Positions 1-10,262 of a DNA stretch of 64,000 nucleotides are shown here, one piece after another. The translations under genes and the position numbers were made by a program. The DNA comes from Eledone cirrhosa (taxonomy: Eukaryota). The stretch lies in contig OZ024743.1 in NCBI GenBank assembly GCA_964016885.1, positions 275,652,001-275,716,000 on the forward strand, read 5' to 3'. Each line of letters opens with the position of its first letter. Position 1 is the stretch's first letter. Under the pieces are notes generated by a model that saw nothing but the letters and a program-made list of their open reading frames with translations, was not told the origin of the DNA and did not search any database.

Positions 1-1069
1 GCATTTCAGCAACTATTTCCGAAGGCCCAGCCGCCTTGCCCGTCTTCATATCTTTGATTGCCTTACTTATTATACTACCTTCAACTTGCACTGCTGGTCC
101 CTCTATTGGATCGATGTGGAGGAGGTTGTCTTTCTCCCATTTATTCTCCTCATTTAGTAGCCTTTCGTAGTGACACTTCCAAGCTACCTTTTTATCAGCA
201 TCAGTGATGGCCAGTACACCATCATCATTACGGACACACTTCTCCCCGACAATATCATGGTTCTCCTTGACACATTGTCTAACAATCATGAACATCTCAC
301 GTTTTTGGTCCTCTCGTTGTAGAACATGCTTGAACTTTCTTTCCTCTGCTTCCCTTCTTGCGAAGTACACTTGTCTCCTAGCTTCCCTCCTGGCCACTTG
401 ATAGTCTTCTCTACTTCCCCCATCCTTTCCAAGCCTGCTTTTTGGCCTTGATCGACTCCGCCACCTTACTGTTCCACCACCAAGTTACTCTCCTCCTGCC
501 TATAGGTCTGCTCCAGCCACAGATTTCATGTCGCCTTCAGCAGGTTAGCTTTCAGGAATTCCCACTGTTCCTCTATATTGTACGACTCTAATTGCTCTTC
601 CTTACTGTCAAAAGCATCAAGTAATATGCTTTTAAATTTATTACTGGCTGTAGGGTCCTTTAACTTCCATATTTTTCTCCTAAGGATAGTCCTCCTCTGT
701 TGTCGAATACGTCTCGTCCTGACTATGAGGTCGCTAACTATGAGGCTATGTTGGGAGGTGCATTCTTCATGAGGAAGGGATTTGGTGTTTACAACAGACA
801 CTCTGTCTCGTCTTCTGGTAAGGATATAATCTATCTGACTGGCGTGTTTACCCTGATCTATAGGTGATCAAGTGATTGTCTCGTTTTTTGAAGTTTGTGT
901 TACAGATAGTTAGATTATTTGCGTCACAGAATTCCAAGATTCTGGAGCCTTCTTCATTTCTAGTACCAAACCCATACGCTCCATGGATTCCGTCATAGCC
1001 GTCAGTGTTGTCCAACGTGACCATTGAGGTCGCCAGCAATAATTATATAGTCAGTCGGTTATTTGGGAG
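1..1069 (-). mobile_element. RTE-clade LINE fragment (endonuclease C-half plus linker), frameshifted, runs off the window edge
   Basis: ORFs 848..1039 and 526..801 match the 34317..37226 protein (GFGTRNEEGSRILEFC, ICNTNFKK, SQHSLIVSD, RRKIWKLKD); frames are broken. Confidence 0.93.
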
Positions 1070-1730
1070 AACTTATGATTGGTCCAAATAATAATAATGG
1101 TGGTGAGTGGGGACGGGGGTATGGGGTAGTTAGCGAGGTTATAAAATAAAATCCACGAAATTTTGGCCATAATCAAACGAGCATATAACTGTAATAAGGG
1201 AAGATTTGTGGGATTTTAAAATACAAGATTATTTGAATGATCAGACAGAATTATCGAATAACATTGAAAAGAAAAAAAGAAAAGGTTGTATTCTGGACAA
1301 TATATATATATATATATATATATATACCCTGTTTAGATGGTGAAGTGGAACAAATCGGAGTGTTGTTTTGATACCTGGAACAATGCTACTACTGTTGCTT
1401 ACATTAACGCATTAGAAAAAAAACATGGCAAAGACTTATTCATTAACACGGATGCAGCAATGCTGTATCTTTACAGAGTTTACATCATAATCACGGAATT
1501 TTGGTTTCAGTCACACGCAACCTCAGGACAATTGAAAACTTTTGTTACATCCATACCCTAACATCAAAGGGCGGTGTTATTTTTATTTCTAGGTAAGACC
1601 TTTTCTAGAAAAAACCCTCAACAATATGTGTTCCAGTCAGGCTTATCTCGTTCTTTAGTTGTGTGGGGAGGGTCATAGTAAGACATTATCTAATATGTCT
1701 TTCTCTTTTTTAAAACATTAATCTGGTTAG

Positions 1731-1941
1731 CCCTTTAGCATTTAAACCGGCCAGAATTCTCTCATCTCTTTCTGTTCAAACCAGCCATAACCAGCTGCTC
1801 ATACTTATGTTAAAGTATTGTTCTCAAAATAAATAATATCAAAATCTCATAGACTCGATATTATGTGATATAATTATGTGAGGTAAAGTGTTTACCATGA
1901 AAATACATTAGTAAATACAGAGTAATGTAAATGCTAAAGGA
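1731..1941. mobile_element. piggyBac-like MITE
   Basis: Ends CCCTTTAGCATT...AATGCTAAAGGA between TTAG and TTAA; homologous copy at 16004-16194. Confidence 0.7.
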
Positions 1942-2814
1942 TTAAAGGGGAAATTTAGCTGTTCTAACTCGAGCAACCACCTAAAAGCTTCTTCGAGGGC
2001 TCAAACCCCAAGGGTTATTCAAGAAGGAAAGTAAAATGGCCCACGGAGAATTCCACCAACACATTAAGATGTTCTGCAAATTATCAAAACAATGTATGCA
2101 TTTTAAAATCTGGCGGAGTCTATCTATTCTCCAGCTCTGAACACAACCAATTCCTTCCAGATAGAGGGGGAATGAGAAAGAGATATCGAGGAAGAATCGA
2201 TCCCTGTAGTAGACTGGTACTTCTTTTAATCGACCTCGAAAAGATAAAAGGCAAAGTTGACCATGGTGGGATTTGAACTCTGTGCAGTAAAATCTGAAGA
2301 GAAATCAGCGCAGAAATAGCCAGGAAGACTACCACAAAGCATTCTATCTGAAGTTCTGACTTTAGTAAATCTCCACCTTTGTCATTCTTTTACATTGTAA
2401 ATAATCACTATAAGTGGTATTAAACCATTCACGTCTATATATTGTTCTTGTGTGGTCCTGCTGGCCAAGCCTGATCAAGCAACACGTTCCAGCCGTGACC
2501 ATCAATCCATATACATAATTAATATAGTATCTGTTCAAGGACAAATGATTGGCAGAATTTTTAAAGATGCCTTGTTATATTTGTTCCGGCTCAAATCCCA
2601 CTGTGGCCTACTTGAATGGTAGACTTCATCCATCACTTAGTTTAACACCACCGCTAGGCCCTTGGGTACCTTTAGCAGTCGACTCTGTGGCAAATATTCA
2701 AGCCAGGTCTCCTTTTAGGACGCTTTCTTCTCTCCCTCCAGTCAAGGAAGCTCAGAAAATGGTCATGAGCATTGCTCTTCTCTCACTTTATATATATATA
2801 TATATATATATAAT

Positions 2815-3160
2815 CATCATCATTTTACGTCCGCTTTTCCCTGCTTGCAAGGGTAGGACGGGTCTTATTAGGCACGCCATCTCTCCATTCGTCACAGTCC
2901 TTTGTCATCTCCTACTTGAGTTTCAGCGATCTGAGGTCTGCTCTCACCACCTACGCCCATGTTTTTCGTGGTCTTCCTTCTACTGGGATTTCTTGGCACA
3001 TCTTTATCCAGCAGTCATCATCCATGCGCATCACATGTCCATACCAACACAGCTTATCCCTCTTATACAGTTTCTCTCAACTCATCTATGCTTGGTCGTT
3101 CACACACATCATCATCATTTTACGTCCGCTTTGCCCTGCTTGCAAGGGTTGGACGGGTCC
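2815..3160 (-). mobile_element. Degenerate RTE/SINE 3'-tail fragments
   Basis: Two copies of the (CAT)n-TTTACGTCCGC...CCCTGCTTGCAAGGG tail flank a decayed RTE C-terminal segment (CGCATCACATGTCCATACCA = WYGHVMR on the minus strand). Confidence 0.75.
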
Positions 3161-3396
3161 CATTCAGCACAGCATATATATATATAAGAGAGATCAGAAT
3201 GGAGGCGGTAAAAACCATTTAGACCATTACTCGATATTTGGGGTAGTAGAGTGGGTAATATGTGTGTGTGTGTGTGTTAAGAAAGATATCCCAAAAGGAA
3301 TCGGGAAATAGTGACAGTAAATAAGAGAATAAGCATATATATTTTATATAGAAATTACTTCTATAGAACTAGAACTATTCCATTCCCATGAAAACG

Positions 3397-3452
3397 TGGC
3401 ATTCCTGATGATTTCATACATACAAATGAAACAGTTCGTCCTGTAGAAGTCA
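3397..3452 (+). ncRNA. Putative type-I hammerhead ribozyme (weak stem II)
   Basis: ttc-CTGATGA(3405-3411)...GAAA(3428-3431)-CAG-ttcgtc-CTG-TA-gaa; stem III 4 bp, GUA triplet; homologous to the motif at 45669-45719. Confidence 0.5.
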
Positions 3453-4322
3453 TAAACTACCACGGCTATGCTGAAGCAAACGGTATGGTGTAATATGAAA
3501 GTACTACTATTTCTAGTAGTACTATTGCAATTTATTACGAGAATATTTCCAGTAACTTTTTAAATAACTGCACGGATATATCTCGAGATATATATATAAA
3601 GTCTGTGATTTTCTCAATTGTATAGCGTTAGCGCCCAGCAATGGAGTCAAATAGTCTTATTGCCTTAAGGAAACAAACCCTGACAAAAATATCGCAGTGA
3701 AACCGTGAGTGGTATGATATATCTGGCAACTCCTGCAACCAAACTTACTATCTTTGCTTTCCTCTGGGCTACACTGGAAAGGTGAAGAGGGAGTTCATAA
3801 TGCATGAGCAACCCAGAATCCCGCCAATTTAATGATATAAACTTATTTTTAAAGTGATGATATCACAGTGTGAGATGTTTGTCCCTCAAATACGCAGCAT
3901 TCCATTTGTTTATCCTAAAAACTTTTCACGAATCGATATGATAGCAGGATAACGACTGGAAAATGTTGTGTTACACCCTTTATTGTAGCACAACGAAGGC
4001 ATATACTATAGGGCTAGGTTCACGATCGCATGGCTCAATGCCAGGCGGCGCGTTGTACTTGTGAAAGTCTATTTCCCGTAGCTCCAGTCCACTCAGCTGA
4101 TTGAACACATTCCGTTGGTTTAAACTTGTCAGAACAGACGAAGGCCAAGAGAAACAAATAAAACTTAATGCATATTACCGAATACTGGTGTGTATGAATA
4201 TAGCAAGACACTAGGTTGTGTGTATAAAGTTTAATTAACAAGTTGAAAGTTATGTAGTACAGAATGGTTGACAAGTCAAGAGTAGATGAAAGAATGAAGT
4301 AAAGTTATTTGTTACCGTCCAA

Positions 4323-4511
4323 GGGCGGTGGATTGGCAGTATCGGTAGAGGGTCGGACGCCATGCTTTCCAATATAGTTACGTCCCTTTACGATCTGAGT
4401 TCAAATCCCGCCGAGGTTGACTTTTCCTTTCATCCTTACGGGGTCGATAAAATAAAGTACCAGTAATGCACTGGGTAATTGCTGGCCTTGTGCCTAAAGT
4501 AGAAACAATTA
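4323..4511 (+). mobile_element. tRNA-derived SINE, family A (full length)
   Basis: A-box-like TGGCAGTATCGG, B-box GAGTTCAAATCC, conserved body CCTTTCATCCTTACGGGGTCGATAAAATAAAGTACCAG, tail AGAAACAATT; many near-identical copies in the window. Confidence 0.9.
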
Positions 4512-4920
4512 TTGGTTACCGTTTTGAAGTTAGCTCACAAGAGATCATGTTAGGGTTGCCAGGCGAACGCGTCTGGCCGAAGGGCCAGGCAGGTTAGAAG
4601 AGAGTGAGATCGCCCTTTTAGAAGTGACAAAAAGGGTTCTGCCACCCCAACGGAAAGTAACTCCAGCTACTTCCTGTCTAGAGAGCGGTGATGTGATTGT
4701 CATAACAAGGGAGGCAACTCTTGCTACATGCATGTTTTGTAACAACGTTTCGAATTTAATTTTACTTTTGAATCATTTCAATGCATTAATAAAATAGTAA
4801 AGAACTCGGTATGGGTTTTAGCTAAGGTAAAACATACAAATTTTTTTTTAATATATATTATGAAGTAAATTATTCAATAATTTTCAACGATCGGCGTTTA
4901 AATAAAATAAAATAAGAAAA

Positions 4921-5102
4921 TAATTGTTTCTACTTTTGGCACAAGGCCAACAAATTACTCAGTGCATTACTGGTACTTTATTTTACCGACCCCATAAGGA
5001 TGAAAGGCAAAGTTAACCTCGGCGGGATTTGAACTCAGATTGGAAAGGGCTGTAACTCTATGCATCAAAGCATGGCGTCCGACCCTCTACCGATACTGCC
5101 AA
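4921..5102 (-). mobile_element. SINE family A
   Basis: Reverse complement of the 4323-4511 element. Confidence 0.9.
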
Positions 5103-5316
5103 GAAAATAATATTCCTTGGTGCATCGGGAAATTGAGTAAGAGTTATTCAGTCAAGTCTTCTTTGTGAACTGAGGTATGTTTTCATTTTACGAGTTTCTC
5201 AAGTTTTCGTAGAGAAAATATAAACATTACTCAACAATTCATATATATATATATATATATTTCGTTTCTGAATTTGTTTAGCAAGATTCTTTATCTGAAA
5301 TCGTGTGTTAAAACCG

Positions 5317-5993
5317 ATATTGTTATACTTTGGGAGGGTCATGTTGCCAATAAGAAACACACGCACCAGTTGCTTTCACTTCAATTTATTATATATTTAT
5401 AAATTTACAAATCTACAAACTTATAAATTTCTGGTTGGTTGGTTGGTTCCACAACCAGATAGTTGTTTATATATAGTCATAGTCCTTTCGTCACACACTC
5501 TGTGACCTCTTCAGAAATATGAGTGGACCAGCAACATCACAACTTACAATTAAGGACAAAATGAAAAATGAAAACACACACAGGACAAAATGAAAACACA
5601 CACACACACATAGAACAAACAACCAACCAACAATAAATAAATAAATAAACAAATAGATAAATGAACACAAACACACACAGACACCCGGATGTGGCGCATG
5701 CGCAAACTGAGCACACAACACACACACACAGAAACAAAATGGCGTAGGATAGAAGAAAGGAAAGGCACAGAAACAAAGAAAGGAATTCCCAGTCACTGAA
5801 GAGGTCACAGAGTGTGTGACGAAAGGACTATGACTATATATAAACAACTATCTGGTTGTGGAACCAACCAACCAACCAGAAATTTATAAGTTTGTAGATT
5901 TGTAAATTTATAAATATATAATAAATTGAAGTGAAAGCAACTGGTGCGTGTGTTTCTTATTGGCAACATGACCCTCCCAAAGTATAACAATAT
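5317..5993 (+). mobile_element. Non-autonomous element with 198-bp inverted arms and a hammerhead motif (Penelope-like derivative)
   Basis: 5317-5514 is the reverse complement of 5796-5993, with no mismatch seen by eye; the right end abuts (TA)n; hammerhead motif at 5791-5835; AATAAA at 5920. Confidence 0.75.
5791..5835 (+). ncRNA. Putative minimal type-I hammerhead ribozyme
   Basis: AGTCA-CTGAAGA-G-GTCACA(gagtg)TGTGAC-GAAA-ggac-TA-TGACT: stem I 5 bp, stem II 6 bp, minimal stem III, CUA triplet, one extra G after A9. Confidence 0.65.
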
Positions 5994-7601
5994 ATATATA
6001 TATATTTTCATCAATACACAAAATATCAAGTTCATTCCCTTACTTCCTGATTTTCTTTGGTCATTGTACCTATATTATATATATGCATGGTTTGGGATAC
6101 ATTTTGTCAAGGCAATATTTACTCGATATATATATTTACATCCAAGCAAGTTACTTGGTCCTTTTTTTTATTTTTTTATTCTACATCTCATATTGTATGT
6201 ATGTACCCGTAGCTTTTGTTGGAATCGAGGGGGTGGAGTATAATAAAATACGGCGTTTCTAGAGTATTTTTTTAAAAAACTAGCCGAGCCAGTCTCCTTT
6301 CCAGGCCTGAACACAGCCGATTTCTTCCAGAGAAAGAGTGGTAGAGAGGAAGTGAGAAAAGGATGAAGAGGGACAATCGACCCCAGTAATAGACTGTTAG
6401 TTTTGGGGGTTTTTTTAACGACCTCGAAAGGATGACAGGCAAAGTTGACCTCAGAGCCGGAATGAATACCGCAAAGCATTCTATCCGACTTTCTGACTGC
6501 CAATTCGCCGCTTATATTAAGAAATGACAACAAAAAATGTATAAAATTAAAAAGCTGTTTTAAGAAATACACAATTGAAAAACTTTTTTTTACTGTTTTG
6601 TCAAAAAGAGAACTGTGTCGATGAGCTTTTGGCGGGATATCTTCAAACCGGAGACGTGGCCTGAATATTTGAAGCAGAATGAACTCTGCTAAAAGGTACA
6701 TAAGAGTCAGACGGTAGTGATCAATCGAGTGACGTATATCACGGTGGGATTTGAACTCGGAACAAATACCGCGAAGTAGGTATCTCGTCCGACGTTTTAA
6801 CAATTTTGCCAAACCGCTGCTGTTATCCCACGCTCTAATTACTACTTTAATTTACCGTCTACTCGAATTATGAGATGAGAAAATTAAAATGAAACGGTTG
6901 TTTTCAGAAATTCATCTTAAAAACGTAATACTGAGTGTTGTCATACCGACATAAACCAGAAAAATACAAACATGAAGAATTTTAAGTTTTTAAACAAAAT
7001 TCGGTAATAAACCAACTAAAATACAAAATCATTTTACATTGATCAAGTTATTTATTCATTAAGGGGGATTTTTTGTTCTGGCATGAAAGCAAATCTGTGT
7101 TCTACATACTTGGTTTAATATTCTCAATATTAATCTGCAAATGTTCTTTTCACTTTTAAAGAAAGTTGCCATATCAGTTTCATAAAAAATAGTAGCACAA
7201 GATTTTCGGTTATCATGATTAAAAAAAAAATTTAACGCGGGCAACAAGATAACCAGATTTCTAAAAAGTACGCCCAAATGAGATTTGCCTTTATATAAAT
7301 CAGTTCTAATTTAGTTGATAAAGATTCTTACCTTTAAAAATTAAATTTTAAAGTAGCAAGTAGCTCAAATAAAAATAAATTAATAGTAGCGCAGAGTCCT
7401 GAAAAGTGGTGTAATCTGTTATTTGTAAACTAGCTTGGCAACTTTAAATGATAAGAAATTCTTGCACCAAAGTCATGAGAAGGGAAGTAACTCTAGTAAA
7501 TTACAGGCCCATTTGGATGTATTTGTCACGTTTAAAACATTTAAAGGTTATTGGAGATATTGTTTTCATCATTACATTTAGAGGGGGGGGGGGCGTGTGT
7601 A

Positions 7602-9503
7602 TTAGACTAATTTGAATACAATGGCTTCGTGCTTATGTAAGCTAACTGGCGCTACTTTCAGGTCGATAAGCACACCAACTTTGAACTTGCGCTGTTCTGG
7701 CATGCTGTGGTACACAACCTCCGCCCTAGAGATGGGCAACTGAGTGATATAATTAGAGAAATGAATTGTGTGTTTGTGTGAGCCGAGATTAACGACTACC
7801 AAATAATTTGGGAAACCTTCCGCCATACGAATGAAGGTGATAATATTCTTAGTTGAGAAACTGTTCACCATCTTTCCCCACTGGAACGAGTAATTGCTCC
7901 GTAACATGTTCAGATCAGTGAACGCCTTCAGAGGAGGATATAAGTCTCTGTTGTTATAAGCTGTCTGCGCTGCCACACTATTAGCTGAGATCGTATGTAG
8001 CCATGGTGTACCACTACTGAACCCCACATTAGTCGAGTCCCATGACATGGGCGCTCGATATGGGTAAAATTTGGTCTCGTTGTGTGACGGTTCAATTGAG
8101 AATAATGTATCAGTTATATTATCTATAATAGCATCCTCCATACCAATTTCATCTCCATAGTGGCAGAATGCCGTCCCAGGCAGAAGCATCTGAAGAGTTA
8201 AGAGTGATTTTAAATAATCGAAGGAATGTAGGCGGCTCATGGGACGAGTTAATTTGTTGCTACTTAACATCCAACCTTTCCAATGGCCCTGTAAAGATTC
8301 CATCGTAAGTTTCACAGCATTTTGAATCGAAGAAGGGGTTGCAGCGGTAGCAAGATCAATGACGCCCACAAAATGAAGGGCTTTTTCTGTCTCATCGCCG
8401 TAAAATTCTTGTGTCTCGTTATTACTAACAGGTAATGTACCGAACAAAAGCCTCTCTCGTCCCGGTTTATCTGAAAACTCATCTGCAATCACTCTCAGCT
8501 CTTTTAATAACTCCAATGTCTGTTGACGTTCGAGTTTCACAGTTCCCTTAACGGAAACATCGTCGATAGCAGTGTCTAAGTCATTGATGTGAAAGCCACC
8601 GACACCGCGATCAAACCAATAGCGCATGATAGTTTTTAATTCTTTTCTTACTTCTTCGTTATGTATATTCAAATTGGGCAAATCTTTATCGGTGAGAGCT
8701 AAGTAATATTCGTCTCGTTTAGCGTCCAAGTACCAGACAGAACGATTTTGTGATGATAAATCTTTCACTGAGTTTTTATCAGCCCAAATATAATAGTCGC
8801 TCATTTTACTCTTCTTCATACGACTTTGAACAAACCATGCATGATCGATGTGCGTATTCAAAGCAATGAAATCGAGAATTAAATGACGGCCAGTCTTTCT
8901 GAAACTCTTGAGTATTGAAAGTACATCGGCTTCGGTTCCGTATTGGGGGTTAATAACAGTGTGGTTGAGTAATCCATAACCAGAATCGTTGTATTTAGAC
9001 AGAAAGATGGAGTGCAGCCATAAGGTTTTAACATGGATGGAATCTAAATATCCAAATTTTTCTTGAATTCCTTTCAAATCACCGACACCATCACCATCAG
9101 AATCTTTGAAGGAGCGAGGAGTAATTTCGTATATCAAATCTTTATTATACCATTTCAAATCGGGACGGTATGGACAGCGAGGGGCGAGAACGATAATTAT
9201 AATGGCGACAACAAGCATCAAAAGCCATCCGATCCAGAATATAATAAAGAGAATAAGACGAGTACGAACCCAAAAAGGATCGTTGGCAAATTTCATAAGT
9301 TCTTCTTTCGTCAATCCACCAAAATCTTCTGGAGATTTTTTGGCACTCTCAGTGCCATCATCGTTAGCACCATTAGCAATAAATTTAGTTTTAGAATCAT
9401 CAAGATCTGTTTCTGGTGTTGCACCAGTTTCGTTCATATGAACTATGGTATCTTGTTTGGGTTGGTCTTCCGTTTGGCCTTCCGAAGCAGCTTCGATAGT
9501 CAT
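7602..9503 (-). CDS. SLC3A2: SLC3-family amino acid transporter heavy chain (4F2hc/CD98hc/rBAT-like), single coding exon, 633 aa
   Basis: SLC3A2_N-like motif GLTKEELMKFANDPFWVRTR, one TM helix, conserved juxtamembrane Cys (APRCP), then a GH13-like ectodomain (SFKDSDGDGVGDLKGI, LPGTAFCHYGDEIGM, RAPMSW). The SLC3A1 versus SLC3A2 assignment is uncertain. Confidence 0.9.
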   Translation of the reverse strand: MTIEAASEGQTEDQPKQDTIVHMNETGATPETDLDDSKTKFIANGANDDGTESAKKSPEDFGGLTKEELMKFANDPFWVRTRLILFIIFWIGWLLMLVVAIIIIVLAPRCPYRPDLKWYNKDLIYEITPRSFKDSDGDGVGDLKGIQEKFGYLDSIHVKTLWLHSIFLSKYNDSGYGLLNHTVINPQYGTEADVLSILKSFRKTGRHLILDFIALNTHIDHAWFVQSRMKKSKMSDYYIWADKNSVKDLSSQNRSVWYLDAKRDEYYLALTDKDLPNLNIHNEEVRKELKTIMRYWFDRGVGGFHINDLDTAIDDVSVKGTVKLERQQTLELLKELRVIADEFSDKPGRERLLFGTLPVSNNETQEFYGDETEKALHFVGVIDLATAATPSSIQNAVKLTMESLQGHWKGWMLSSNKLTRPMSRLHSFDYLKSLLTLQMLLPGTAFCHYGDEIGMEDAIIDNITDTLFSIEPSHNETKFYPYRAPMSWDSTNVGFSSGTPWLHTISANSVAAQTAYNNRDLYPPLKAFTDLNMLRSNYSFQWGKMVNSFSTKNIITFIRMAEGFPNYLVVVNLGSHKHTIHFSNYITQLPISRAEVVYHSMPEQRKFKVGVLIDLKVAPVSLHKHEAIVFKLV

Positions 9504-9627
9504 ATTGAAAAATGTTATATTCTATGTCGACAGATAAAGAGAAGCTAGTATACGAACTCTATGCAGTGCTTACAAAATCCTTTCTGCTGTCATCTACAAC
9601 AAGATTGCATCAGCAATGTGTTAGCTG

Positions 9628-9638
9628 TTATATATATT
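9628..9638 (-). promoter_or_regulatory. Candidate TATA box of the SLC3 gene
   Basis: TATATAA on the minus strand about 125 bp upstream of the ATG, in otherwise unique sequence; positional inference only. Confidence 0.3.
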
Positions 9639-10047
9639 GTTACACTCCCCTCCTTCCTCTTATCAACCGGTATTACTACTACAATGGCGGCAAAATAGAT
9701 TGCTGTTGATTTTTGCCGCTACTACCATTTACACACTCTACTGCTGGATGAAATAATCTGTTGATGCTTCATTTAAACCTCCTATCCCATTTTAAAGAAG
9801 GCAGGGAGTCGTTTAGCTGCTATTTTTAACAAATAGTAACTCTTGTTCGTTAATAGTTGTGGATTCATTTTTTTTAATTTTTATAATGGTTATTTTCTGT
9901 TTGGTTGCTTCTTATTAATGGGAATTATTTTTTTAAACGCCGCCATATTCAGCTAACTTGAAGGCGTTCCTTCATGTTAGGTCTAGGCGATGTAAATATG
10001 AACTTTGGTAGTTCCCACTCGCTTTCATAGAAACCAAACAAGTCTTG

Positions 10048-10094
<47 letters not shown>

Positions 10095-10099
<5 letters not shown>

Positions 10100-10262
10100 G
10101 TTTCTACTTTAGGCACAAGGCCAGCAATTACTCAATGCATTACTGGTACTTTATTTTATCGACCCCGTAAGGATGAAAGGCAAAGTCAACCTCGGCGGGA
10201 TTTGAACTCAGATCGTAAAGGGACGTAACTATGCTGGAAAGCATGGTGTCCGACCCTCTACC
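10095..10262 (-). mobile_element. SINE family A next to (TA)n
   Basis: Reverse complement of the family A body and tail; head slightly truncated. Confidence 0.88.

Noticed and set aside
4551-4720. hAT-like MITE (AGGGTTGCC…GGCAACTCT)
   Set aside because: Only a 9-bp imperfect inverted match with no 8-bp TSD and no second copy.
6168-6812. 214-aa ORF
   Set aside because: Runs across decayed SINE fragments, has a non-ATG start and no domain resemblance.
9063-9548. Plus-strand ORFs overlapping the SLC3 gene
   Set aside because: Antisense shadows of the real CDS.
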